From contig CACYCI010000015.1 in assembly GCA_902772845.1 (NCBI GenBank), forward strand, positions 1 through 53,298: a stretch of DNA of 53,298 bases. The letters run 5' to 3'. A program made the position numbers and the translations under genes. The stretch is from an uncultured Ruminococcus sp. Lineage in GTDB: Bacteria > Bacillota > Clostridia > Oscillospirales > CAG-382. How positions within the stretch are numbered: position 1 is the stretch's first letter; each line of letters begins with the position of its first letter. The notes under the pieces are model-generated. The model had not been told where the DNA came from. It was given only the letters and a program-made list of their open reading frames with translations, and ran no database searches. Positions 1-8,735 of the stretch are shown here, piece after piece.

Positions 1-129
1 CTCGCACGCGACGCGCGCCGTCGGATCCTTGGCGATTATGGCGTCGAGCACGGAATCGGAGATCTGGTCGCAGATCTTATCGGGATGTCCTTCGGTGACG
101 GATTCGGAAGTGAAAAATCTTTTTATCAT
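1..129 (-). CDS. metK: S-adenosylmethionine synthetase, N-terminal part (runs off the window)
   Basis: Reverse strand from ATG at 129 reads [43 protein letters not shown], the hallmark MetK N-terminus; RBS AAAGGA upstream. Confidence 0.97.
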   Translation of the reverse strand, partial: MIKRFFTSESVTEGHPDKICDQISDSVLDAIIAKDPTARVACE

Positions 130-152
130 TTTGTTGGTCCTTTCCGGCGGGG

Positions 153-181
153 TAAAAAAATCGCCTGCCGTGGCAGACGAT
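153..181 (-). terminator. Intrinsic terminator, expression platform of the SAM-I riboswitch
   Basis: Minus strand TCGTCTGCCACGGCAGGCGA hairpin followed by T7; its 5' arm (CGTCTGCC) can alternatively pair with GGCAGATG at the aptamer 3' end (antiterminator). Confidence 0.85.
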
Positions 182-195
182 AAGCGACTTTGACG

Positions 196-306
196 TTTCT
201 CATCTGCCGGAAAATAAATTCCGCTGAATTGACACCTTACCGCGGTATGACCGGGCAGGTTGTCGGGCTTCACAGGGCAGGTCCCTCCGCCTCTCTTGAT
301 AAGAAG
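196..306 (-). ncRNA. SAM-I (S-box) riboswitch
   Basis: Minus strand CTTATCAAGAGAGGCGGAGGGACCTGCCCTGTGAAGCCCGACAACC...AGGTGTCAATTC...GATGAG matches the S-box consensus; directly upstream of metK. Confidence 0.95.
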
Positions 307-314
307 TACAATTT

Positions 315-343
315 AATATAACATATACATACGGTTATGTCAA
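315..343 (-). promoter_or_regulatory. Sigma-A promoter for the riboswitch and metK
   Basis: TTGACA (343-338), 17 bp spacer, TATATT (320-315) with extended TG; the -35 lies in the last codons of the upstream gene. Confidence 0.75.
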
Positions 344-826
344 TACCTTTTTTATTTCCAAACGCCATATTTCGGCAAGTTTTTCCGCAGAAAGCGCGGC
401 GTTCGCGGGGCTGGTCGAAGGCAGACGCACGGCGTGGATCCCCGTAGACGGAAAAACAAACTTTTCGTAGAGCTCGTGTGCTTTTGCTCCGGCCGTGAAT
501 ATAGCTTTTACGTCCGTTTCGCCAAGCAGCCGCGAAATGTCGTTGCAGCGCGGCGACCGTATATCGGCGTCGCCGCTGCCTTCTATATCGCAATCGGCTA
601 TCACGTCCCACAGCGCGATCCCGTGCGATATCAGGAACGCTTTTTTTGAATCGGTGTCCGTTGGCGGAACTTCGCCGAAAACGGCGGCTATCACGCGCCA
701 GAACCGGTTTTGCGGGTGCGCGTAATAGAACCCTTCGCGCCTTGAAACGACGGAAGGAAAAGAACCAAGTATGAGTATTTTTGAATCCGCCGAATATACC
801 GGCGGTATTTCGTGAGTCAGGAACAT
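335..826 (-). CDS. DNA-deoxyinosine/hypoxanthine glycosylase (UDG superfamily, family 6-like)
   Basis: Motifs ILILGSFPS, YYAHPQNRFW, IALWDV, LPSTSPANA. Confidence 0.85.
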   Translation of the reverse strand: MFLTHEIPPVYSADSKILILGSFPSVVSRREGFYYAHPQNRFWRVIAAVFGEVPPTDTDSKKAFLISHGIALWDVIADCDIEGSGDADIRSPRCNDISRLLGETDVKAIFTAGAKAHELYEKFVFPSTGIHAVRLPSTSPANAALSAEKLAEIWRLEIKKVLT

Positions 827-850
827 AGCGTGCCCTTTCGGTTTGTTTGC

Positions 851-878
851 GCACCACGGCGACAGTTTTGCATAATCT
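851..878 (+). promoter_or_regulatory. Candidate mother-cell sporulation (sigma-K-like) promoter
   Basis: GCAC-16 nt-CATAATCT fits the AC-N16-CATANNNT pattern; short motif, so uncertain. Confidence 0.35.
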
Positions 879-926
879 GTAACAGGAAAGCTTTTTTCCT
901 AAATACTCTACGGGAGGAAAACACAA

Positions 927-1757
927 ATGGTTGAAAGACCTCAAAACCGCCCTCTGTGCGGAAAACCCTCCGACCCCGTGTGCTGCATAAGCGTAAACAA
1001 GATCTTTGATTCCGCAAGGGATAAAGACTGTCTCGAAGATATTCGTGTGCAGTTCTGCGACTGCTATCAGGACGCCATCGATCATGCCAACGCGGTGCGG
1101 TGCAAAAACGTCGAAGTCATAGATACCAACATCTCGCTTGAAAGCGTTCCGTTCAACCGCGGCTTTTATCAGGTGAATATCAGATTCTATTTCTGCGTCA
1201 CGCTGGAATGCTGCATGTGCAACGGCAAATCCGTTGAAGTCACGGGGCTTGCCGCCTACGATAAGAAGATAATCCTTTACGGCAGCGAAAAGAACGTCAC
1301 CGTGTTCACTTCGGATCCGCGCCACAATTCGTTCTGCCCTACGCAGAAAGACCTTGAATGCAATACCGAGCCCACGCTCCCCACGGTCAGCGTGGAGGTG
1401 GCTCAGCCGGTAGCGCTCGACGTCAAGATAATGGACAGATGCAGACCTTTCGGGACCTGCTGCATTTCCGCGGATTCCATCCCGGAGGCCGTTTGCTGCC
1501 GCTTCGAAGGTAATTTCACCGATGATATCGGTTCCAAACGCGTGTATATCACCATAGGTATGTTCAGCGTCATCCGCATGGAACGCCCGGTACAGCTTAT
1601 GCTGCCCGCCTGCAATTTCTGCCTGCCCGAAAAAGAATCCACCCCTCAGGGCAACACCGACCCGTGTTCGGTGTTCGGCAAAATGGGATTCCCCTACGGC
1701 GAATTCTACCCTTATGCGGACCCCCCGCGTGAAAGCGGCGGCTGCGGCGGAAGATAA
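927..1757 (+). CDS. Cysteine-rich hypothetical protein, possible spore coat/exosporium protein
   Basis: 276 aa with 22 Cys; strong RBS GGGAGG; CISVNKIFDSARDKDC resembles the CI.v.KvyDsC motif of clostridial Cys-rich spore-associated proteins. Confidence 0.6.
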   Translation: MVERPQNRPLCGKPSDPVCCISVNKIFDSARDKDCLEDIRVQFCDCYQDAIDHANAVRCKNVEVIDTNISLESVPFNRGFYQVNIRFYFCVTLECCMCNGKSVEVTGLAAYDKKIILYGSEKNVTVFTSDPRHNSFCPTQKDLECNTEPTLPTVSVEVAQPVALDVKIMDRCRPFGTCCISADSIPEAVCCRFEGNFTDDIGSKRVYITIGMFSVIRMERPVQLMLPACNFCLPEKESTPQGNTDPCSVFGKMGFPYGEFYPYADPPRESGGCGGR

Positions 1758-1770
1758 AAGCAAAAATCCA

Positions 1771-1810
1771 ACGGCTTTTGCGCCTTTCAGGGCGCAAAAG
1801 CCGTCTCTTT
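1771..1810. terminator. Bidirectional intrinsic terminator
   Basis: Inverted repeat ACGGCTTTTGCGCC...GGCGCAAAAGCCGT between convergent genes. Confidence 0.8.
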
Positions 1811-1815
1811 TATTT

Positions 1816-3240
1816 TCAGAACGCCATTCTGTCTTCTATATACTTGCGGACTTCGGAAACGGGGATACGCACCTGTTCCATGGTATCGCGGTCGCGGACG
1901 GTCACGCAGTTGTCGGCGGGCGTATTTTCGTCGCCTACCGTCTGGAAATCGACCGTCACGCAGAACGGCGTGCCTATCTCGTCTTCGCGGCGGTAACGTT
2001 TTCCTATGGACCCCGCCTCGTCGTAATCAACGGGGAAGTATTTGGAAAGCTCGTCGGCTATTTCCTGCGCCTTGTCGCCCAGCTTTTTGGAAAGCGGCAG
2101 TACGGCTGCCTTGAACGGCGCGAGCGCCGGATGCAGATGAAGCACGGTGCGCACGTCGGGCTTTTCTTCCGTCCCTATGTTTTCTTCGTCGTATGCGTCT
2201 ACCAGGAACGCCAGCACCGAACGTTCAACGCCGAGCGAGGGCTCTATGACGTAAGGAACGTAACGTTCGTTGGATTCCTGATCGAAATACGTAAGATCCT
2301 GACCGGAGCAGTTTATGTGCTGCGTAAGATCGTAATTGGTCCTGTCGGCTACGCCCCACAACTCGCCCCATCCGAACGGGAAGAGGAATTCAAAGTCGGT
2401 GGTCGCTTTGGAATAGAAGCAGAGCTCGTCTTTGTCGTGATCGCGCAGGCGCAGATTTTCTTCTTTGAGCCCCAGCGAAAGCAGCCAATTGCGGCAGAAA
2501 GAACGCCAGTAGTCGAACCATTCGAGGTCGGTGTCCGGCTTGCAGAAGAATTCCAGTTCCATCTGTTCGAATTCGCGCACGCGGAATATAAAGTTGCCCG
2601 GCGTGATCTCGTTACGGAACGATTTGCCGATCTGGCCTATGCCGAACGGCAGCTTGCGGCGGGTGGTGCGCTGGACGTTCGCAAAGTTGACGAATATACC
2701 TTGTGCGGTCTCGGGGCGCAGATAAACTGTGTTCTTCGCGTCCTCGGTCACGCCCTGGAACGTTTTGAACATAAGATTGAACTGCCTTATATCGGTAAAA
2801 TCGTGCTTCCCGCACGAAGGGCAGGGAATGTTGTGATCATCTATGAACTGCTTCATTTCGGCCTGCGAAAAAGCGTCTATGGGCTTTTCGAGCGTGTATG
2901 CGTTTTCGGCCGCCCAGTCTTCTATGAGCTTGTCAGCGCGGAAGCGCTCCTTGCACTGACGGCAATCCATCAGCGGATCGGAAAATCCGCCGAGATGTCC
3001 CGAAGCGACCCATGTCTGAGGGTTCATGAGTATGGCGGCGTCCAGCCCCACGCTATAGCGGTTTTCCTGAACGAACTTTTTCCACCAGGCGCGTTTGACG
3101 TTGTTTTTCAGCTCTACGCCCAAAGGACCGTAGTCCCACGTGTTTGCAAGTCCGCCGTAGATCTCGCTTCCGGCGTAAATGAAACCGCGCCCCTTGCAAA
3201 GGGCAACGATCTTATCCATTGTTTTTTCTGTGTTCTTCAT
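1816..3240 (-). CDS. glyQS: Glycine--tRNA ligase (alpha2 type)
   Basis: [63 protein letters not shown]. Confidence 0.97.
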   Translation of the reverse strand: MKNTEKTMDKIVALCKGRGFIYAGSEIYGGLANTWDYGPLGVELKNNVKRAWWKKFVQENRYSVGLDAAILMNPQTWVASGHLGGFSDPLMDCRQCKERFRADKLIEDWAAENAYTLEKPIDAFSQAEMKQFIDDHNIPCPSCGKHDFTDIRQFNLMFKTFQGVTEDAKNTVYLRPETAQGIFVNFANVQRTTRRKLPFGIGQIGKSFRNEITPGNFIFRVREFEQMELEFFCKPDTDLEWFDYWRSFCRNWLLSLGLKEENLRLRDHDKDELCFYSKATTDFEFLFPFGWGELWGVADRTNYDLTQHINCSGQDLTYFDQESNERYVPYVIEPSLGVERSVLAFLVDAYDEENIGTEEKPDVRTVLHLHPALAPFKAAVLPLSKKLGDKAQEIADELSKYFPVDYDEAGSIGKRYRREDEIGTPFCVTVDFQTVGDENTPADNCVTVRDRDTMEQVRIPVSEVRKYIEDRMAF

Positions 3241-3393
3241 TGTATTTATGCTCCTTTTTTCAAATCATTGCGTGTTTTGTCGGCGTCAGATGTCAATCGC
3301 CCGATATTGCCGTGCCGAAAGGCACGCGTCCTGATACGGCTATCGTGAACGATACCGTTTTCCTTTCCTTGCGTAAGAGGCAAAAGGCGGATA

Positions 3394-5592
3394 TCAGTTT
3401 TTCAGCTTGGACATCTGTCTTTGCGCCATGACGAGTTTATAATAACGTTTTTTGTTCGCTATCAGTTCTTCGTGCCTGCCCATTTCCTCGATCTGACCTT
3501 TTTCAAGCACCACAAGCTTTGTGGCGTTGCGCAGAGTCGAAAGCCGGTGGGCGATCGCTATCGTAGTCCTGCCAGAAATCAGCTTTTCAAGCGCGTCCTG
3601 AATGAGCTTTTCGGTCTTGGTATCGAGCGAGGCGGTCGCTTCGTCGAGAATGAGTATCTTCGGGTCGCGCAGGATCGCGCGCGCAATGGCTATGCGCTGG
3701 CGTTCCCCGCCGGAAAGCGTCTGACCGCGTTCGCCCACGATCGTGTTGTAGGCGTCCGGCTGGCGCATTATGAATTCGTGCGCGTTGGCGAGCTTGGCGG
3801 CGCGGATCACGTCGTCGGGAGTACAGCCGGGCCGCGCGTACGCTATGTTGGAATAGATCGTGCCTTTAAAAAGGTACGTTTCCTGCAATACCACGCCGAT
3901 CTGCGAACGCAGACAGTGCTGGTCGTAATCCCGTATATCCACTCCGTCCACGGTGATGCTGCCCGAACGCACGTCGTACAGGCGCATGACAAGGTTTATC
4001 ATGGTGGATTTTCCGACGCCGCTGCGGCCGACTATGCCGACCATTTCGCCTTTGTTTATATCAAGCGTTATATCCTTTAACACGTCTTCGTAGTTGTTAT
4101 AGCCGAAATAGACTTTGTCAAAGTGGATGTTGCCGGTCATTTCGCGTTCGACCGCGTTTTCGGAATTCGCCACGTCGGGTTCTTCGTCTATCAGCTCGAA
4201 CACCTTGGCGGCGGAAGTCATGGCTCGCGCAAAACGCCTGGGCAGGAACGCCGCCTGGCGGAGCGGTCCGTATATGAGCCCCACGTAAACGAGGAACTGC
4301 GTCAGCTCGCCCAGCGTGGAAGTCCCCGCGATTATGGAAGACCCCACGAAGAAAAGTATGGCGTATTCGCCTATGCCGAGCAAAAAGTCGGCAAACGGCA
4401 TTATCTTGTTCCAGGTGATTTCGTTTTTCTTGGAAATATCGCGTACGCGCCGCGAAGCCACGTCGAAACGGTGATTTTCGTATTTTTCGGTCCCGAACAC
4501 CTTTACCACGCGGATCCCCGAAAACACGTCGTGAAGCAGGGAATTGACCGCCTCTTCGGCGTGCCATTGGCGGTGATAGATGGAATTCATAAAAGTCCTT
4601 AACGAATAGAACATAAGGATTATGAGCGGCACCGGAATGAGTATCATAAGCGTCAGCTTCCAGTTCATTATGAACATTGCTATGCTGATGCCTATAAAAG
4701 TGAGCGATATGCGCAGTACGTCGGGTAGAATGGAAACCAGAAATTCGCGCATCACGTCCGTATCGGAAGTGACGCGGGTAATGATCTCTCCCGCGGTGCG
4801 GCGGCTTATGCCCGAAAGCGACATCGCCTGGACTTTTTGGTATACTTCCTGCCTCAGCTTGACCGTTATTCGGTTGCCGACCTTGGCGAATATTATGCCG
4901 CGGATCATCGGCAGCAGCGCCGAAAACAGCGCGACTCCCACCATAAGGGCTATCACGGTCCAGAATCCGTCGGATTTAGGCGTTGAAGTGTGCAGATAAT
5001 CGTCTACCAGCGTGCGGTTGATGGTGCCGTTGTATATGCTTAACCCCACTCCGGCGAAATACAGCACCAGACTCACCAGCAGCGGCACCAGGTGCGGCTT
5101 TGCCACGGGAAACAGCCGGGTGAGCAGTTTTTTGCGGTCTGCGCAGTTGGGGCAGATCTTGGAGCCCGCACGGTACGGAGTGCCGCATACCGGGCAGGCG
5201 GTCTCGTCTTCGTTTTCGCGGATATGGCCTATATCCTTGCCTTCGTGCAGGGAACGCAGACGTTTGACGGCGTTCTGCAGCGCGACTGCGTTCTTCATAT
5301 CGGAACGGCAAAGCTCAAAGCGGTCGCCGTCCAGCGTGTATTCCACGGCGGCGCAGCCGATATACTGCACGTATTCTATTTCTTCCATCCGCGCTATTTC
5401 CAGGACTGCAACGCTGCCTCCGCAGCAGACGCAGACCTTGCCGGAACTGACAGCTCCGAACCCGGCGCACGGTGTGTTATCGCGGTCGAGGTCGAACCTG
5501 AAACCGAACAGCGGCGAACAGCCGAGCGCCTGTTCGGCGCCGAGGCGCGCGGAATCGTAAAAATGTCTGTCGATCTTAAGTCTCGGTAACAT
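3394..5592 (-). CDS. ABC transporter (fused TMD + NBD) with N-terminal extension ending in a zinc ribbon
   Basis: Walker A GRSGVGKS, LSGGERQR, ILILDEAT, AHRLST; multi-TM segment; CPVC-x10-CPNC precedes the TMD. Confidence 0.92.
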   Translation of the reverse strand: MLPRLKIDRHFYDSARLGAEQALGCSPLFGFRFDLDRDNTPCAGFGAVSSGKVCVCCGGSVAVLEIARMEEIEYVQYIGCAAVEYTLDGDRFELCRSDMKNAVALQNAVKRLRSLHEGKDIGHIRENEDETACPVCGTPYRAGSKICPNCADRKKLLTRLFPVAKPHLVPLLVSLVLYFAGVGLSIYNGTINRTLVDDYLHTSTPKSDGFWTVIALMVGVALFSALLPMIRGIIFAKVGNRITVKLRQEVYQKVQAMSLSGISRRTAGEIITRVTSDTDVMREFLVSILPDVLRISLTFIGISIAMFIMNWKLTLMILIPVPLIILMFYSLRTFMNSIYHRQWHAEEAVNSLLHDVFSGIRVVKVFGTEKYENHRFDVASRRVRDISKKNEITWNKIMPFADFLLGIGEYAILFFVGSSIIAGTSTLGELTQFLVYVGLIYGPLRQAAFLPRRFARAMTSAAKVFELIDEEPDVANSENAVEREMTGNIHFDKVYFGYNNYEDVLKDITLDINKGEMVGIVGRSGVGKSTMINLVMRLYDVRSGSITVDGVDIRDYDQHCLRSQIGVVLQETYLFKGTIYSNIAYARPGCTPDDVIRAAKLANAHEFIMRQPDAYNTIVGERGQTLSGGERQRIAIARAILRDPKILILDEATASLDTKTEKLIQDALEKLISGRTTIAIAHRLSTLRNATKLVVLEKGQIEEMGRHEELIANKKRYYKLVMAQRQMSKLKN

Positions 5593-5602
5593 ATTGATTC
5601 CT

Positions 5603-6175
5603 TTATAAATAAAGCTCTATTTTGCGGTAGCTTTTGCGGTCGAGCGCAAAAACGTCTTTTATTTCGTATCTGTTCCCGTCGACGTCAGTCAGCACGACTC
5701 GTTCTTCGGATATCTTTGCGGTGTTGCGGAAAGTGTCGTGCATCGCGAACGACGCGCTTCCGTTTTCGGTCTCTACTTCCCAGTAAGAATACCCGAACCG
5801 CTCTTTGACTGACTTGATCTTGGTAATGACCGGAGTGTAGTATTTGCGTTTCAGTTCGCGTTCTATTATGTCGCGTCCGCATCCGTCGAAATCCGAAAGC
5901 GAGCGGATAAGTCCGTATTCGTTGCCTTCTTTGTCTGTAACGGAAATGAAGTTTTCGGCATTGTCGTACGGAAAAGCGCGGTGGAAGAAAACCCTGCCCA
6001 GGTCCTGCCAGACCGGTTCAGAGCTTGCGTTTTCTTCTTCAAGGTCGTCTTTTTTTACCTTGGGTATGAACGCTTTGAGCTGCGGGAAACCGTTCACGGA
6101 TTCGGAAAACTTTGCGTTTTCGGGCGTGAGATATTCTATTTTTACAATGCTCAGAAAATCGTTTTTGCTTTCCAT
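5603..6175 (-). CDS. DUF1854 family protein
   Basis: RAFPY...FISV.D..G.E.G.I, ELKRKYYTP.I..I, SYWEVETENG, TDVDGNRYEI.D...LD.KS.RKIELYL pattern recognised as DUF1854. Confidence 0.85.
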   Translation of the reverse strand: MESKNDFLSIVKIEYLTPENAKFSESVNGFPQLKAFIPKVKKDDLEEENASSEPVWQDLGRVFFHRAFPYDNAENFISVTDKEGNEYGLIRSLSDFDGCGRDIIERELKRKYYTPVITKIKSVKERFGYSYWEVETENGSASFAMHDTFRNTAKISEERVVLTDVDGNRYEIKDVFALDRKSYRKIELYL

Positions 6176-6179
6176 TGTC

Positions 6180-8459
6180 TTATTCCTCTATACCGATTGT
6201 CTTAAGGGCTTCCAGCTGCATTTTGTAAAGCTCGTAATACTTGCCCTTTTTCTTCAAAAGCTCCTGCGCGGTGCCCTGCTCAGGCATCTTGCCGTTATCA
6301 AGCAATATCAGCTTGTCTGCGTCGCGCAGAGTGGAAAGCCGGTGCGCGATAATGATCGTCGTGCGGTTTTCGGTAAGCTTTTCAAGCGCTTCCTGAATGG
6401 AACGCTCGGTCTGCGTATCCATGGCGGCGGTCGCTTCGTCAAGTATCAGAACGGCGGGGTCCTTGAGCACGGCGCGCGCTATGGAAATGCGCTGCTTTTC
6501 GCCGCCCGAAAGTTCCTTTCCGCCGAAACCGATCACAGTCTCGTACGCATCGGGGTATTTTATTATGAATTCGTGCGCCGAAGCTATCTTCGCCGCCTGT
6601 ATTATCTCTTCGTTTGTCGCTTCCGGGCGCGCGTAGCGGATGTTTTCCATTATCGTGCCGCGGAAAAGGTAAGTTTCCTGCGATACTATCGCAATAGAGC
6701 GGCGGAGCGTATCGAATGAATACTCTTTAAGGTCAACGCCGTCTATCTTTATGCAGCCCTCGTTGGGATCGTAAAGCCGCGTAAGCAGGTTGGCAAGCGT
6801 GGATTTTCCCGCGCCGGTATGGCCCACTATGCCCAAAGTCGAACCCGCAGGAACGTCGAACGAAACGTGATCTATGACCGTGCGGTTTTCTTCGTACGAA
6901 AATACCACGTCTTTGAATTCCACTTCGCCTTTTATTTCGGCGTCAACGGGGTCGTCGGCTTCTTTTACTTCGGGGACCGAGTCGCTTATCTCAAACAGAC
7001 GCTGCAGCGCGTTGAGACATTCCGACCACCAGTTGGAAATATCCGCAAAGAAATCTAGCGGATCGTAGATCATGGCGACGTACGCAACAAAGGTCGCCAG
7101 TCTGCCGTAATCCATCCCGCCGGTGTGCCTAATGATCTGCCAGCCGCCCACGCCCCAGACCACGAACGAGCCGAGTTTCATAATAAAGCCGATCGTGCGG
7201 AAAGTCTTGCTCGCGGTGACGCCTATCTTTTCCTGGGCGTCGGCCTGCGCCTTGGAGCGGCTCTGAAAACGGCCCATCTCTTCTTCTTCGCGTGAGAAGG
7301 ATTTTACCACGCGCATACCGTTCAGAACGTCGGATATGAGCGAATTGTACGAACGGCGTTTTGAATATGCCCTTGCGTGGAGCTTTGAAAACAGCGTGAA
7401 CGTGATCTTGAAGGTAAGGAAGAATACGGGGATGGTAATGAAAGTGAACAGCGTGAGCAGCGGATCCATCGTGAGCATCACCGCCAGCACCACCAGAAGC
7501 TGCACCGAGTTGGTGAGCAGGTAGGGGAATCCGTCGCAGAAGAACCAGTATATCTGCGTCGCGTCCGAGTTGATCTGCGTCATCAGACCGCCGGTCTGAC
7601 GGTTGGTGAAGAACCGCATCGAAAGTCCGCCTATGGTGTTGAATATGGTCTTTTTAAGATCGTATACCACGTCGGCGGCGACTTTAGCCGAAATGATGCC
7701 GTTCACTATTGAGATAAGCAACGAGATCAGGCGGACGCCTATGATCATAAGCAGTATCTTGCCTATCTCGCCGTACATGCTCCCGCCGGGAGTCAGCACG
7801 TCGCTGATGAACATTTTGTTGGAAACGTACGGCGTTATAACGCGCAGACCCGCCACCAGCAGGAACGTGAGCAGTATGAGCATTATGTAATACTTATACC
7901 GCACGAACATCTTGAACAGGCGCTTTATCAGCTTTGCCTTCTCCATGCATTTGGGGCAGATCTTGCGGTCCTGGTCGGGATACCGGGTATGGCACTTTGG
8001 GCAGAAATGCGAATCTTCGTTTTCGTTCTTAAACTTTTCTTCGTCAAAACTGCCGTCTTTTTTGAGCTTCGTGGCGGCGTCGCAAAGCACGTTGACGTCG
8101 TGACGGCAGGCGAAAGTGAAACGCACTATCTCGGCGGTCTCGCCTTCGTATTCGCAAACTGCGCGTCCGCCGGAAATGAACAGCTCCACATTGACGTTTT
8201 CGCATTTTTCAAGCAAAAACTCGCGGAACGCGGTGCAGGTGAATATTTCCGTGCGGTCGCTCGCCTTTGCTTTACCGGCAAAATTCACGAACCCTTCCGC
8301 TACGGCTATTTTTTCTTTTGTAAGCAGAACGTAAACGTTTTTTCTTACGCCGTCTGTGCCCAGGTCGCTTTCGCAAGTGATCAGACATTCGTCGTGCGGA
8401 ATGCCTTTTTCTCCGAAAAACGCTATCGCGGCAGGCGGAAATTTCTTTAATTCGATCAT
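6180..8459 (-). CDS. ABC transporter (fused TMD + NBD) with N-terminal extension ending in a zinc ribbon
   Basis: GHTGAGKS, LSGGEKQR, LILDEAT, AHRLST; CPKC-x11-CPKC before the TMD. Start uncertain (8459 or 8525; no clear RBS at either). Confidence 0.9.
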   Translation of the reverse strand: MIELKKFPPAAIAFFGEKGIPHDECLITCESDLGTDGVRKNVYVLLTKEKIAVAEGFVNFAGKAKASDRTEIFTCTAFREFLLEKCENVNVELFISGGRAVCEYEGETAEIVRFTFACRHDVNVLCDAATKLKKDGSFDEEKFKNENEDSHFCPKCHTRYPDQDRKICPKCMEKAKLIKRLFKMFVRYKYYIMLILLTFLLVAGLRVITPYVSNKMFISDVLTPGGSMYGEIGKILLMIIGVRLISLLISIVNGIISAKVAADVVYDLKKTIFNTIGGLSMRFFTNRQTGGLMTQINSDATQIYWFFCDGFPYLLTNSVQLLVVLAVMLTMDPLLTLFTFITIPVFFLTFKITFTLFSKLHARAYSKRRSYNSLISDVLNGMRVVKSFSREEEEMGRFQSRSKAQADAQEKIGVTASKTFRTIGFIMKLGSFVVWGVGGWQIIRHTGGMDYGRLATFVAYVAMIYDPLDFFADISNWWSECLNALQRLFEISDSVPEVKEADDPVDAEIKGEVEFKDVVFSYEENRTVIDHVSFDVPAGSTLGIVGHTGAGKSTLANLLTRLYDPNEGCIKIDGVDLKEYSFDTLRRSIAIVSQETYLFRGTIMENIRYARPEATNEEIIQAAKIASAHEFIIKYPDAYETVIGFGGKELSGGEKQRISIARAVLKDPAVLILDEATAAMDTQTERSIQEALEKLTENRTTIIIAHRLSTLRDADKLILLDNGKMPEQGTAQELLKKKGKYYELYKMQLEALKTIGIEE

Positions 8460-8657
8460 AACAAATATGTTGTGTCGCAACGCGGCGTGAGCCGGGTCTG
8501 CGGCAGTCGGCCGATAAAACGGCATTTTTACACTATTACAAATAATAATACATCATCAACGTTCAAAAAGCAATAGCAAAATATAAAGATTTTCAACTGA
8601 TTTCAAGCACAAATAAGCTTTTTCGACCAAACGGCCGCGCTTGGGTCATCTTATCTA

Positions 8658-8686
8658 TTGACAAACTTTCCGGCGGATGGTATAAT
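8658..8686 (+). promoter_or_regulatory. Consensus sigma-A promoter
   Basis: TTGACA-17-TATAAT with extended TG. Confidence 0.85.
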
Positions 8687-8735
8687 TATAATGCGATTTC
8701 AAAAAAGCGCCGTTTTCGGCGGAAAGGGGAGAGAA

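Noticed and set aside
270-1763. 497-aa minus-strand ORF
   Set aside because: Antisense to the Cys-rich gene and out of frame with the glycosylase; no motifs; runs into the riboswitch
1714-3348. 544-aa plus-strand ORF
   Set aside because: Antisense shadow of glyQS
3241-3393. T-box riboswitch or tRNA before glyQS
   Set aside because: No GGTGGnACC T-box or terminator; no TTCGA T-loop or 7-bp acceptor stem
8658-8735. TTG starts at 8658 (and likewise 20155) in the ORF track
   Set aside because: These TTGs are the TTGACA -35 boxes; RBS-supported ATGs lie downstream
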